Positions 1-8,944 of a DNA stretch of 32,000 bases are shown piece by piece. Source of the stretch: Desulfocapsa sulfexigens DSM 10523 (GTDB taxonomy: Bacteria; Desulfobacterota; Desulfobulbia; Desulfobulbales; Desulfocapsaceae); contig NC_020304.1 of NCBI RefSeq assembly GCF_000341395.1, positions 1,530,001 to 1,562,000 of the forward strand. Direction: 5' to 3'. Below the pieces are notes generated by a model. That model did not search any database. It was not told the DNA's origin and was given only the letters and a program-made list of their open reading frames with translations. The stretch's first letter is position 1; the number at the start of each line of letters is the position of its first letter. The position numbers and the translations under genes were made by a program.

Positions 1-196
1 GGACAGTACGGCCCTTGGTGTTGTAATTAAAAGTTTTAAATGGTTGCGACAGGCCGATAACGGAAATGGAGAACTGGGCCTTTGCAGTGTCAATGACAAG
101 ATAATGAGCCTCCTGCAGTTGACTCGAATGGATAGAGTTTTTCTCGTTTTTCCCGATAGTCAGGAAGCAATAAAAACAATAACTGAATCCAGATGA
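1..196 (+). CDS. STAS-domain anti-sigma factor antagonist (RsbV/SpoIIAA-like), C-terminal part only; gene truncated by window edge
   Basis: Not in the ORF track because it has no start in the window. Reading from base 2 gives DSTALGVVIKSFKWLRQADNGNGELGLCSVNDKIMSLLQLTRMDRVFLVFPDSQEAIKTITESR* (stop TGA 194-196), with the typical STAS pattern DS(S/T)ALG...L....L....L.RVF.....AI. ATGA overlap with the next gene. Confidence 0.85.
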   Translation, partial: DSTALGVVIKSFKWLRQADNGNGELGLCSVNDKIMSLLQLTRMDRVFLVFPDSQEAIKTITESR

Positions 197-636
197 GTTC
201 TCCTGAAAGTCACTATTTACAACTGATTATTCCAAGCGAAAAGGAGGACTCTCGCCTTATTGGCAGGGCCGTGTATTCATTTTGTCTTCATATGGGATTT
301 GATGAGGTTCAAAGTTATCAGATTGAGTTGGCAACGGTTGAGGTTACACATAATATTGTTGGTCACGCCTATGATAATTGTCCCGACTGTGTGATCGAGC
401 TTCATGCGCAGGGATTGGCTGACAGGATTATTTTCACCATAATTGATAACGGTAAATCTGCAGACGCTTTTGCGTTCCCTGCCTGTTGTCCCGTTGATCC
501 GGGGAGTGCGATTGACAGGTTGCCGGAGTCTTCCATGGGACTCTATATTATAGCTTCTGTTATGGATACCGTGGAGTACGAGGTGTATGAAAATTCTAAT
601 ATACTGACCATGATGAAGTATCTGCCCAAATCATGA
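193..636 (+). CDS. RsbW/SpoIIAB-like serine kinase / HATPase_c_2 anti-sigma-type regulatory protein
   Basis: 147 aa. Contains ELATVEVTHNIVGHAY (E..xN..xHAY N-box) and IIFTIIDNGK (D.G) plus the late SSMGLYII (G.GL.I) box. Start overlaps the STAS stop (ATGA). Confidence 0.88.
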   Translation: MSSPESHYLQLIIPSEKEDSRLIGRAVYSFCLHMGFDEVQSYQIELATVEVTHNIVGHAYDNCPDCVIELHAQGLADRIIFTIIDNGKSADAFAFPACCPVDPGSAIDRLPESSMGLYIIASVMDTVEYEVYENSNILTMMKYLPKS

Positions 637-2924
637 ACGTTAACGGGTTCTTTTCTCAAAAAAACTGGTTAGCTCCTGTTGTTATTGGTTGTCTGCTGCT
701 GACCACTCCTCTATTCCTCTCAGGAGTTATCACCCGCCTTACCACCAAAGAGCAGTTTTTTTTCGCCTGGGGACTGATCTTTCTGGTTCTTGTTTTACGG
801 AAGGTGGCCCATCATTTTTCTGTCTTTTTTGGTATCCTTATTTCCTTCTGCACTCTGTTTCTGCTGAGCCGATATTTCTTTTTTCGTCTGAGTTCGACCC
901 TGCTTTACACCTCAACTCTGGAGTTTTTCTTTATTCTGGTTCTTTTTGCGGCGGAAATCTACGGTATGTTTATTCAGGTGATGGGGATGATCATCAATGT
1001 AATGCCTCTGTATCGACCGGCAGTGCAATCCATTGAACTTAGTGATCCCGATCTCCCCGTTGTCGATGTCCTTATTCCCACCTACAATGAGCCGGAACAG
1101 ATGGTTGCCATTACCGCCAGTGCCTGTACGCTTTTTGATTATCCTCGGGAAAAACTCAACATTTATATTCTCGATGATGGAGGAACAACTCAGAAACGTA
1201 ATGCTGCTGACCCGAAAAGTGCCGCCGCTGCCCTCGTTCGTCACGAAACCCTCAAGGTGCTGGCTGAATATCTTGAAGTGAATTACCTGACCAGAGAGGA
1301 AAATATATCTGCAAAGGCAGGAAATATTAATGCCGCGCTCTACACAAGCGACGATGGTCAGCAACATCCCAGTGGAGATCTAGTCCTGGTTCTGGACTGT
1401 GATCACGTGCCCACAAGGGATTTTCTTCAGAATACGGTTGGCTACTTTTTGAAAGATCCGAAGCTGTTTCTGGTACAGACTCCGCATTTCTTTATTAACC
1501 CTGACCCGGTGGAAAAGAATCTCGATACCTTCAATAAGATTCCGGGAGATAATGTGATGTTTTACGGGAAGGTACTTCCCGGACTTGATTTATGGAATGC
1601 GGCGTTTTTTTGCGGTTCTGCCGCTGTGCTCCGCAGAAGCTGTCTCGATGAAGTTGGAGGTATCGTAGGGGAAACCATCACCGAAGATGCGGAAACTGCT
1701 TTGACCATGCATGGTCGGGGGTACAATTCTGTCTATGTTGGCAAACCAATGGTTTGCGGACTCTGTCCAGAAACTTTTGAGGACTTTATAATTCAGCGAA
1801 ACAGATGGGCTCAGGGGATGGCTCAGATTTTGTTGCTTAAGAATCCTCTTTTTGCCCGTGGACTCAGTCTGATTCAGCGACTTTGTTATCTGAACTCTGC
1901 CGGATTCTGGTTTTTCAGTTTTTCCAGGCTGATGTTTATGCTGGCCCCGTTTTTTTATCTTTATGGAGATCTGCAGATATATCATGCAACCCTGTTACAG
2001 TGTCTGGCCTATCCCATCCCGTACATGATTTTGTCCATGATTGTGACAAATTTCATGTACGGTGCAGTGCGGCATCCGTTCTTTTCAGAGCTCTATGAAA
2101 CTGCCATGAGTTTTTATAATGTCCCGGCAATTTTGAGTGTTTTGCGTAATCCCCGTTCTCCTCAGTTTAAGGTAACTCCAAAGGACACCAGCCTTGCCGA
2201 GGATTCGGTCAGCCCGCTGGCGACTCCCTTTTACATAATGCTTGGGCTTTTTGCCGCCATGTATCCGGTTGCCATGTATAGGGCCGTCACTAATCCACAG
2301 TTTCTTGGTTCCATTATTATCTGTACTGTCTGGGGCACTTTTAATTTTCTTCTTTTGCTCCTCTGTCTCGGGGTGGTATGGGAAAGAAGACAGATCAGGA
2401 AAAAATACCGTATGCCCGTGAAGGAACCGATTCGTCTGAGGGTTCAAGATAGCGGACAGGACGGTTGGCTGAACGGTCTGGCCACGGATCTTTCAGAAGA
2501 AGGCATGGGAATTATCCTGGATGGAAAGAGATTAGTGTCCGAAGGGGCGATGATAGAGATCGAGACCGAAAACAGTGCTGGAAGGCACTTTTTGTTTACT
2601 GCCGAAGTTGTCAGGATAATGAAACATGGGAATGGGGTCCAGCTGGGTTGCCAGTATCAATTTGAAGATGAGGAAAGTTTTCTTGCTATCACTAACTATC
2701 TGTATGGTGAAAGTGACAGGTGGGAGAAGTTATGGAAAGGGCGTCAGCACAAGGTACCCATTGTTGCCGGGTTCTTCTTTGTTCTGAAACTTGGTTTTAC
2801 GGGAACGTATCACCACTTCATAGGGTTGGCTCGAATTTTTTGGAAAAAATTACATATATATCAGGAGAAGATATGGAGCAGGTTTGTTGCAAAAAAAACA
2901 AAACGTTCTGGTTGTTCCTATTAG
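633..2924 (+). CDS. bcsA: Cellulose synthase catalytic subunit (UDP-forming), GT2 with C-terminal PilZ domain
   Basis: 763 aa with N-terminal TM helices. GT2 motifs ILDDGG, LVLDCDHVPT, FFCGSAAVLRR, ETITEDAET, QRNRWAQG. PilZ motifs RKKYR (RxxxR) and DLSEEG (D/NxSxxG). Confidence 0.97.
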   Translation: MNVNGFFSQKNWLAPVVIGCLLLTTPLFLSGVITRLTTKEQFFFAWGLIFLVLVLRKVAHHFSVFFGILISFCTLFLLSRYFFFRLSSTLLYTSTLEFFFILVLFAAEIYGMFIQVMGMIINVMPLYRPAVQSIELSDPDLPVVDVLIPTYNEPEQMVAITASACTLFDYPREKLNIYILDDGGTTQKRNAADPKSAAAALVRHETLKVLAEYLEVNYLTREENISAKAGNINAALYTSDDGQQHPSGDLVLVLDCDHVPTRDFLQNTVGYFLKDPKLFLVQTPHFFINPDPVEKNLDTFNKIPGDNVMFYGKVLPGLDLWNAAFFCGSAAVLRRSCLDEVGGIVGETITEDAETALTMHGRGYNSVYVGKPMVCGLCPETFEDFIIQRNRWAQGMAQILLLKNPLFARGLSLIQRLCYLNSAGFWFFSFSRLMFMLAPFFYLYGDLQIYHATLLQCLAYPIPYMILSMIVTNFMYGAVRHPFFSELYETAMSFYNVPAILSVLRNPRSPQFKVTPKDTSLAEDSVSPLATPFYIMLGLFAAMYPVAMYRAVTNPQFLGSIIICTVWGTFNFLLLLLCLGVVWERRQIRKKYRMPVKEPIRLRVQDSGQDGWLNGLATDLSEEGMGIILDGKRLVSEGAMIEIETENSAGRHFLFTAEVVRIMKHGNGVQLGCQYQFEDEESFLAITNYLYGESDRWEKLWKGRQHKVPIVAGFFFVLKLGFTGTYHHFIGLARIFWKKLHIYQEKIWSRFVAKKTKRSGCSY

Positions 2925-5113
2925 CCGGGAGCCTTTTGTCTGTCCTGTTGCTCAGGACCGTTCCTGCGTACTGCCAGGAGCAGCTCAGGATTCCTCTAAC
3001 CAAGTTTAACGCACCGGGAATTGTAAAACTCACCAATAGCGACGATAGCTATAGTCTTAAAATTGCAACACCAAAGCGCTGGCAGGTTGAGGATGCAAGC
3101 CTGGAGCTTGCTTATGTCAACTCAACGGCCCTTTTGCCCACCCGTTCCCGTCTGGTTATCCTTTTTAACGACTATCCCCTGGCCCAGGTGACTCTGGAAG
3201 CAGACGCTCCAGAAGGGCTTATTACCGTAGCCATACCTGGCCGTCTCTTTAAGGTAGGCTATAACGACTTGAAGATTCAAGTGGCACAGGCGTTTAAAGA
3301 GGATGGTTGTATTCCCTCAAACCCGCCTGAGGTGTGGACAACTCTAGAGTTTATTGATTCAACCCTTGAATTTTTCTATACCCGAAAAGAAGTACCTTTG
3401 AGCCTGGCATCCGTTGCAGATTTCCTCTTTGATCCGAAAATAAGCGAGAAGAATAAAGTCCATATTGTGACGGAAACCACCGAAAACAGAGATGTATCCC
3501 TGGCAGCCTTAACTGCTGCTGCCGTTGCCCTGCGTTTTGATTATCGTCCTGTACAGTTTTCCACTGGGCAGGCGTTGTTGCCGGGGAGAGATAACATCGT
3601 TATTGGTAAGCGTTCATTTCTCCAAAAAATTACAGGAAGTGAGACCGTTCAAGGAGATATGGGAATATTTCCCATGCCAGAGGGGGATGGTACCATAGAT
3701 CGTTTACATGGACTGATCTATCTGGGGGGAGGGGATGCTGAGGAAATTCGACAAAGTGTTGAAGCTTTTTCCATTCTTTCCCTGCCACTGCCAAATGTGC
3801 AGTTCTGTGATATCACTGAGGTTCGGTTACCCCCGATTTCTTCCTATTCGGGGAAAAACAGGCTTGCTCCTGAAAAACGCTATACCTTCCGAGAGCTTGG
3901 GTTGGCGACGACAACATTTCGTGGACAGCACACCGATCCAGTGTCGGTCCAATTTACCCTGCCCACAAATTTTTTACTTGAGGGGAATCGGGATATTCTC
4001 CTTCGCCTGGATTTTTCCTATGGAGCTGCTCTGCGTGAAGATTCTGTATTCTCCCTGGCGGTAAATGGAAAGTTTGTCTCTTCAATTCCTCTCAGCTCGC
4101 CGACGGGGGGGCAGTATCAGGGGTATACCGTTCGTTTGCCTCTCAGCTATTTTAGACCTGGCAGTAATGTCTTTCAGCTTGATGCCGTCATGACACCGCT
4201 GCATACGACAGCCTGTGAGGCGCTGCAAACCGACCATCTGGCCTTGACACTTTTTGAGAGCTCAACAATTCAGGTGCCAGAAATGTTCCAGTGGGTCAAG
4301 CTGCCCCAGCTCAGTTATCTCTTTAATGATGGCTTTCCTCTTACCGCTGCTCCGGATTTCTCGCAAACCAGTGTAGTACTGGCACAGAGAGATGAAAGAA
4401 TTCTGGCAGCAGCGCTCAATGTTATTGCAGGAATAGTTCAGAAGACAGGGGTGTTACCCTATGGCCTGACAGTTACCGATGCAGTATCAGAAAGTGAGGC
4501 CAACAATCTTCTGGTCATTGGTTCACGGGAAGGTTTAGGTGAAAATATTCTCCATGCCTCTCCACTGGCAAAGAATATTACACTGCCTGTTCATGGCAGG
4601 TTACCTGGAACTCTGCGTGTTGTAGATTGGAAGGACAGGTTGTGGCAAATGCTGTTTGATGAAGTGCCTGAACCTGGCACCATTGCACCTGATATAGCTA
4701 CTCTGGGGACTGATATTCGATTCAGACCGCAACAGGCTGTCCTCTGTGAGTTCGAGTCACCATTCAGTCCCATGAAGAGCGTGGTACTGCTCATTGCTGA
4801 AGATCCTGATGATGTCCTTCAGGCCTCCCTGCTGCTGCAGGAAAATGAGGTGGCTCAGCAATGTGATAACGGCTTTGTTGTCATCGATTTTGATGGTAGA
4901 AAACCGGTGGTGCAGCAGGCTGACCTGATTCCATCCTATTCCGTAGGCGAGATAACAGCCTACAACCGCATAAGCTATCTTATAGACAAGTACCGTTGGT
5001 CTTTTATTGCGCTTCTTACCGGTCTGCTGGCTTTTATATCCCTGGGCTTAACGATTCTTTTGAAAAGACGACGTCGCAATCGACTACAGGCGATGAACAT
5101 GGAAGAGGAATAA
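2873..5113 (+). CDS. bcsB: Cellulose synthase periplasmic regulatory subunit BcsB
   Basis: The track ORF begins at 2720, but an internal ATG at 2873 gives MEQVCCKKNKTFWLFLLAGSLLSVLLL (signal/TM). Large beta-rich periplasmic protein with a C-terminal TM (WSFIALLTGLLAFISLGLTILLKRRRR). Located directly after bcsA. Confidence 0.92.
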   Translation: MEQVCCKKNKTFWLFLLAGSLLSVLLLRTVPAYCQEQLRIPLTKFNAPGIVKLTNSDDSYSLKIATPKRWQVEDASLELAYVNSTALLPTRSRLVILFNDYPLAQVTLEADAPEGLITVAIPGRLFKVGYNDLKIQVAQAFKEDGCIPSNPPEVWTTLEFIDSTLEFFYTRKEVPLSLASVADFLFDPKISEKNKVHIVTETTENRDVSLAALTAAAVALRFDYRPVQFSTGQALLPGRDNIVIGKRSFLQKITGSETVQGDMGIFPMPEGDGTIDRLHGLIYLGGGDAEEIRQSVEAFSILSLPLPNVQFCDITEVRLPPISSYSGKNRLAPEKRYTFRELGLATTTFRGQHTDPVSVQFTLPTNFLLEGNRDILLRLDFSYGAALREDSVFSLAVNGKFVSSIPLSSPTGGQYQGYTVRLPLSYFRPGSNVFQLDAVMTPLHTTACEALQTDHLALTLFESSTIQVPEMFQWVKLPQLSYLFNDGFPLTAAPDFSQTSVVLAQRDERILAAALNVIAGIVQKTGVLPYGLTVTDAVSESEANNLLVIGSREGLGENILHASPLAKNITLPVHGRLPGTLRVVDWKDRLWQMLFDEVPEPGTIAPDIATLGTDIRFRPQQAVLCEFESPFSPMKSVVLLIAEDPDDVLQASLLLQENEVAQQCDNGFVVIDFDGRKPVVQQADLIPSYSVGEITAYNRISYLIDKYRWSFIALLTGLLAFISLGLTILLKRRRRNRLQAMNMEEE

Positions 5114-6249
5114 TGTTCTGTTGCAGACTCACTGTCTTTCTGCCCATGTTACTCTTTCTCTGTTGCCTGCGTCCAGTTTGCGCTGCGGAACCGGGCACGT
5201 GGGCAGGTTTTAAGGAAGAATTTATCACCGCCGAGGGACGGGTGATTGATCGTCATCAACAAGGCATCAGTCATTCCGAAGGACAGGGCTACAGTATGCT
5301 CCTGGCAGTAGCATTTGACGATCGTAAAACATTTTCTCTGCTCTGGCAGTGGACGAAAGGTCATCTTCAGGTAAGAAAGACGGATGCTCTCAGCGCCTGG
5401 AGCTGGGGAAAATTACCCAACGGAGCGATGGCACCCATCGATTTTAACAATGCCAGTGATGGGGATATCTGCATCGCATGGGCACTTTTGCTGGCCAGGG
5501 AGAAATGGAACCTGCCGACTCTGCAGGATGAAGCGAGCAGGATACTGTCAAGTATTCGGAGCTATCTGTTGCTGGAAAAATTTGGCAAGACGCTGCTTCT
5601 TCCAGGGTATTATGGATTTGCGCATACCGATACGGTGACAGTCAATCCTTCCTATCTGGTTCTTCCTGCCTTCAAGGTGTTTGGCAGATACGGGGACAGG
5701 GTTCTCTGGCAGCGGGTGTATGATGAGAGCCTTTCATTATTGAAAGAGACGTCCTTTGGCAGCTGGCAACTTCCTGCAGACTGGCTTTTTCTGAGTGAGG
5801 ATGGTGTTACGCTTCTTGCCGAAAAACCACCTCTTTTTGGCTATGAGGCCATTCGAGTGTTTCTCTGGACCTGTTGGGATGATTTCCCCGTCAGCCTTCC
5901 AGGGACAAAGATGTTAGTGGATTTGATCGAATCCAGTGGCAGGTTTCCAGTAACTGTTGACTTGAATACCGACAGCTTCAGTGAGCAGGATGCCCCTGGA
6001 GGATTCGTCGCGATAGCTGCAAACTGTGCCAGGCAACTGGATAGAAAAAAACTGGCGAAAACCTTGTGGCTGCAGGCTGAACAAAAAATCCAGCAGGAAG
6101 GGGGGATTATTATTCACAGGTTCTCTATCTTCTGGCCAGTACCCGGAGGATTCCATGAGTTGTCTGAGTGGAATCTCTTTTGTAATTGCAGGACTCTGCT
6201 GGAGTTACCTGCTTCCCGCTACGGGAATGGCTCAGACCCCACTCTCTGA
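5113..6249 (+). CDS. bcsZ: Endo-1,4-beta-glucanase, glycoside hydrolase family 8 (BcsZ)
   Basis: ATG at 5113 inside TAATG shared with the bcsB stop. Signal peptide MFCCRLTVFLPMLLFLCCLRPVCAA. GH8 motif SEGQGYSMLLAVAFDDRKTFSLLWQWT and later DAWSWGK. bcs operon context. Confidence 0.93.
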   Translation: MFCCRLTVFLPMLLFLCCLRPVCAAEPGTWAGFKEEFITAEGRVIDRHQQGISHSEGQGYSMLLAVAFDDRKTFSLLWQWTKGHLQVRKTDALSAWSWGKLPNGAMAPIDFNNASDGDICIAWALLLAREKWNLPTLQDEASRILSSIRSYLLLEKFGKTLLLPGYYGFAHTDTVTVNPSYLVLPAFKVFGRYGDRVLWQRVYDESLSLLKETSFGSWQLPADWLFLSEDGVTLLAEKPPLFGYEAIRVFLWTCWDDFPVSLPGTKMLVDLIESSGRFPVTVDLNTDSFSEQDAPGGFVAIAANCARQLDRKKLAKTLWLQAEQKIQQEGGIIIHRFSIFWPVPGGFHELSEWNLFCNCRTLLELPASRYGNGSDPTL

Positions 6250-8944
6250 AAAAAAAGTACATAATCAGGCAGCTGTTGTGTACCAGAAAGAGCAGCAATC
6301 CGTCCTGAAGTCCACAAACAGAACTGTAGTCAGGGAATCTGTTGAACAGAGTCCGGCCAGAGTATCCAGAACCCCGCAGCAGTTTCTGCGCAGTTTACCT
6401 TCTCCTTCATCAGAGGATACACAGGAGGCAGCTGCAGATCCGTTGGCAGCTGTCCTGGCCTATGGCTGGCAGGAATATGGGCTGGAGAACTATGCTCAGG
6501 CAAAAAAGTTCTTTTTACAGGCAGTTATTTCGAAAAACGTTGAAAATCGCCGTAATGCTGAATATGGCCTGATGTATAGCTATCTGAAACTCGGTGAAAC
6601 AGATTCCGCTCTGCCTCTGCTGCAACATTTCGTTGCCCGGGGTGAGCAACTTGAATCGACAGCCCCGGTTCTGGCTGCACTTCTCTTTGATCGGGGAGAT
6701 ATTGAAGCTCTTCAGGAATTACTTCCGAAGCTCTCCCCGGCCGACCAGAAAGAGTGGCGGGAGCGAATTGTTTTTGCCCAGTTTCAAGACGCTCTGGTGG
6801 CATTGAATGAAGGCAGCAGGCAGGATGAAGTGAGGAATTTTCTCCAGCAATACAGACCCGTCCTTGAAGAGTGTCGGCAGCAGGAACAGTTTTTTCGTCT
6901 GGCTACCCTTTTTATGAAGGACAGTCCTTACCTGGCAAAGAATATCTTCGCAGATTTGAGGAAATGTTTGCCGGAGGATCATCACTGGCAGGAACGGGTT
7001 CTCCGTGAACAGTTGCAGGTAATGAGTAATAACGAGCTGTTTACAGCGGTATCGATTCCATTCGATGGAACAGTATCGGAGTCGACCTGGAAGCGCTTGC
7101 TCAAGGAAACCACGTGGCAGAGATTGGAGCAGCTTGAGCCGAAGGATCCAGTCTACGATTCTTTTGTCCAGGCACTCTACGAGTTGGATCCGAACAATCC
7201 TGAAGCGGCTTCAATGGCAGCCTGGTCCTGTTATCAGCGAGGAGAGTATGCTTGTGCCGGAGATATTTTCTCTACTCTGCTGCGCAATAATCCAACGGAT
7301 GATACACTGCTCGGCCTTGCTTACACTCTGCAGAAAAAAGGTGAATCAGCTGAAGCCCTGTACCTGCTCGATCAGCATTCCGACAGGAAAAGTGAACTCC
7401 TCAATCAACTCCGCTATGATCTTCATGCAACTCTGGGGGGAAATTTTTATCTGAGCAAAGACTATGAGAAAGCAGTCGTGCACCTGGAGCTGGCTCTGAT
7501 CCAGCGGCCAGAGAACGTGGACCTTGAGCAGATGCTCCTCTGGAGTCGCTTTCATCTGGGGGAGAGCAAGCCATTAGTGGAGTTTCTCTGGCAGCAGTAT
7601 GAACAGGATGAGGCGGCCGATACGGCAATATCACTTTCTCATGTGCTTGGAGTTATAGAGGATCCTGAGTTTACAAAAGAGGTGATGGCACGTTTTGCAG
7701 AATCAGAGAAAGCAGAGGTACGGAAAGTAGCTGGAGAGTACGCTTTTCGGCAGAACCATCCGGTACTGGCGGACCAGATTTATCAGGGGCCGGGACCCTA
7801 TGCTGGAAGTGCTGCGCCAGCACTTGATAGCTTGTTTCACTTTCGCAGCAAGGGGGGAGATGAGGGTACCTCCAGTCTCAATGCGGCAACCCTTGTTGCG
7901 AGACAAACGTTTTCCAGTCATTCCGGAAAAACCTGGTCGATTGCTATCTTCCCTCTGTCCATTGATTCTGGATCCCTGGCGGCAGACGTTCAGGTTGGAA
8001 GTGCATTTCGCTCGCCCGATCAATCACAGGTTCGGCCAGAGCTGTGGGAGGAAGATGCTTTTGCCTTGGGATGGCGCGGTGGTTTGCAGATTGAAGGGGA
8101 GCTGGACTGGGATATTGGGATTGGTAGTACACCCCTCAATGGAGTTATTTCTCCGACTCTTGTCGGTAGGTTGCAGGGCAGTGGCTCCGATTGGGGCTTT
8201 GCCTTGGAAAGGGATTCCGTCAAGGAGTCCATGCTTTCATGGCTTGGTCAAACGGATCCGTACAGTGGACAGGCGTGGGGGAGGGTAGTAGAGACAAAGC
8301 TTGGTGGACATAAAACGATTTCTCTCAATGACTGGTGGCTGGCCGTAGAAGGACAGTATGGCTGGTATAATGGGGAGCGTGTGGAACAAAACACTTCTTT
8401 GACTGTATCGCTGAGTGGCGGGTATACCGAGGACTGGGATGATTTTGAACAGTCAACCGGACTCTTTCTCTTCGCTCGCGGCTTTGAGCGTAACTCTAAT
8501 TTTTATACCTTTGGGCATGGAGGCTATTACAGCCCTGAGCAACAAATTATTGCCGGACCATTTTTTCGCTTAGTGACATCAGTAGCCACCAATTATTGGC
8601 TGGAGGCCTCCTGTTCTGCAGGCCTTAATTATCGTAAAACCGACGACGCACCCCGTTACGCCAGGCTTGGTGCTGTCAACGTTGGCGCAGAAGATCCTGG
8701 CTGGGATGATCTGCTTGGAACATACGCCGGGGAAAGTGACACCGGGCTGGGTCTGGATGCGCGGGTTCGTGGTATTCTGCCGCTATCAAATGGATGGTTT
8801 ATCGGTGGAGATGCTTCAATTAATAATGTGGCTGATTTTACCCAGTGGCAGGTTGCTGTAGCGCTTCGTTATCGTTTCGGTAAAGGAATGGGGCTTGGCT
8901 TACCAGAGAGGGATCTTTCAATGTTAACAGGTCTGGTTCAATGA
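6155..8944 (+). CDS. bcsC: Cellulose synthase outer-membrane export protein BcsC (TPR repeats plus C-terminal beta-barrel)
   Basis: The track ORF starts at 6026, but ATG 6155 gives a signal peptide (MSCLSGISFVIAGLCWSYLLPATGMAQ). TPR-type repeats through the first ~600 aa (e.g. AKKFFLQAVISKNVENRRNAEYGLMYSYLKLGE). Barrel-like C-terminus (QWQVAVALRYRFGKG). Confidence 0.87.
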   Translation: MSCLSGISFVIAGLCWSYLLPATGMAQTPLSEKKVHNQAAVVYQKEQQSVLKSTNRTVVRESVEQSPARVSRTPQQFLRSLPSPSSEDTQEAAADPLAAVLAYGWQEYGLENYAQAKKFFLQAVISKNVENRRNAEYGLMYSYLKLGETDSALPLLQHFVARGEQLESTAPVLAALLFDRGDIEALQELLPKLSPADQKEWRERIVFAQFQDALVALNEGSRQDEVRNFLQQYRPVLEECRQQEQFFRLATLFMKDSPYLAKNIFADLRKCLPEDHHWQERVLREQLQVMSNNELFTAVSIPFDGTVSESTWKRLLKETTWQRLEQLEPKDPVYDSFVQALYELDPNNPEAASMAAWSCYQRGEYACAGDIFSTLLRNNPTDDTLLGLAYTLQKKGESAEALYLLDQHSDRKSELLNQLRYDLHATLGGNFYLSKDYEKAVVHLELALIQRPENVDLEQMLLWSRFHLGESKPLVEFLWQQYEQDEAADTAISLSHVLGVIEDPEFTKEVMARFAESEKAEVRKVAGEYAFRQNHPVLADQIYQGPGPYAGSAAPALDSLFHFRSKGGDEGTSSLNAATLVARQTFSSHSGKTWSIAIFPLSIDSGSLAADVQVGSAFRSPDQSQVRPELWEEDAFALGWRGGLQIEGELDWDIGIGSTPLNGVISPTLVGRLQGSGSDWGFALERDSVKESMLSWLGQTDPYSGQAWGRVVETKLGGHKTISLNDWWLAVEGQYGWYNGERVEQNTSLTVSLSGGYTEDWDDFEQSTGLFLFARGFERNSNFYTFGHGGYYSPEQQIIAGPFFRLVTSVATNYWLEASCSAGLNYRKTDDAPRYARLGAVNVGAEDPGWDDLLGTYAGESDTGLGLDARVRGILPLSNGWFIGGDASINNVADFTQWQVAVALRYRFGKGMGLGLPERDLSMLTGLVQ

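Noticed and set aside
689-1367. Alternative-frame ORFs 689..1036 (+), 912..1367 (-) and 1033..1281 (+) inside bcsA
   Set aside because: They lie entirely within a strongly supported bcsA frame and have low-complexity or atypical composition; they are shadow ORFs.
6342-8288. Several ORFs on both strands within bcsC (e.g. 7800..8288 +, 7703..8023 -)
   Set aside because: The bcsC frame is continuous with signal peptide, TPRs and barrel; the alternatives are Arg/Ser-rich shadow translations.
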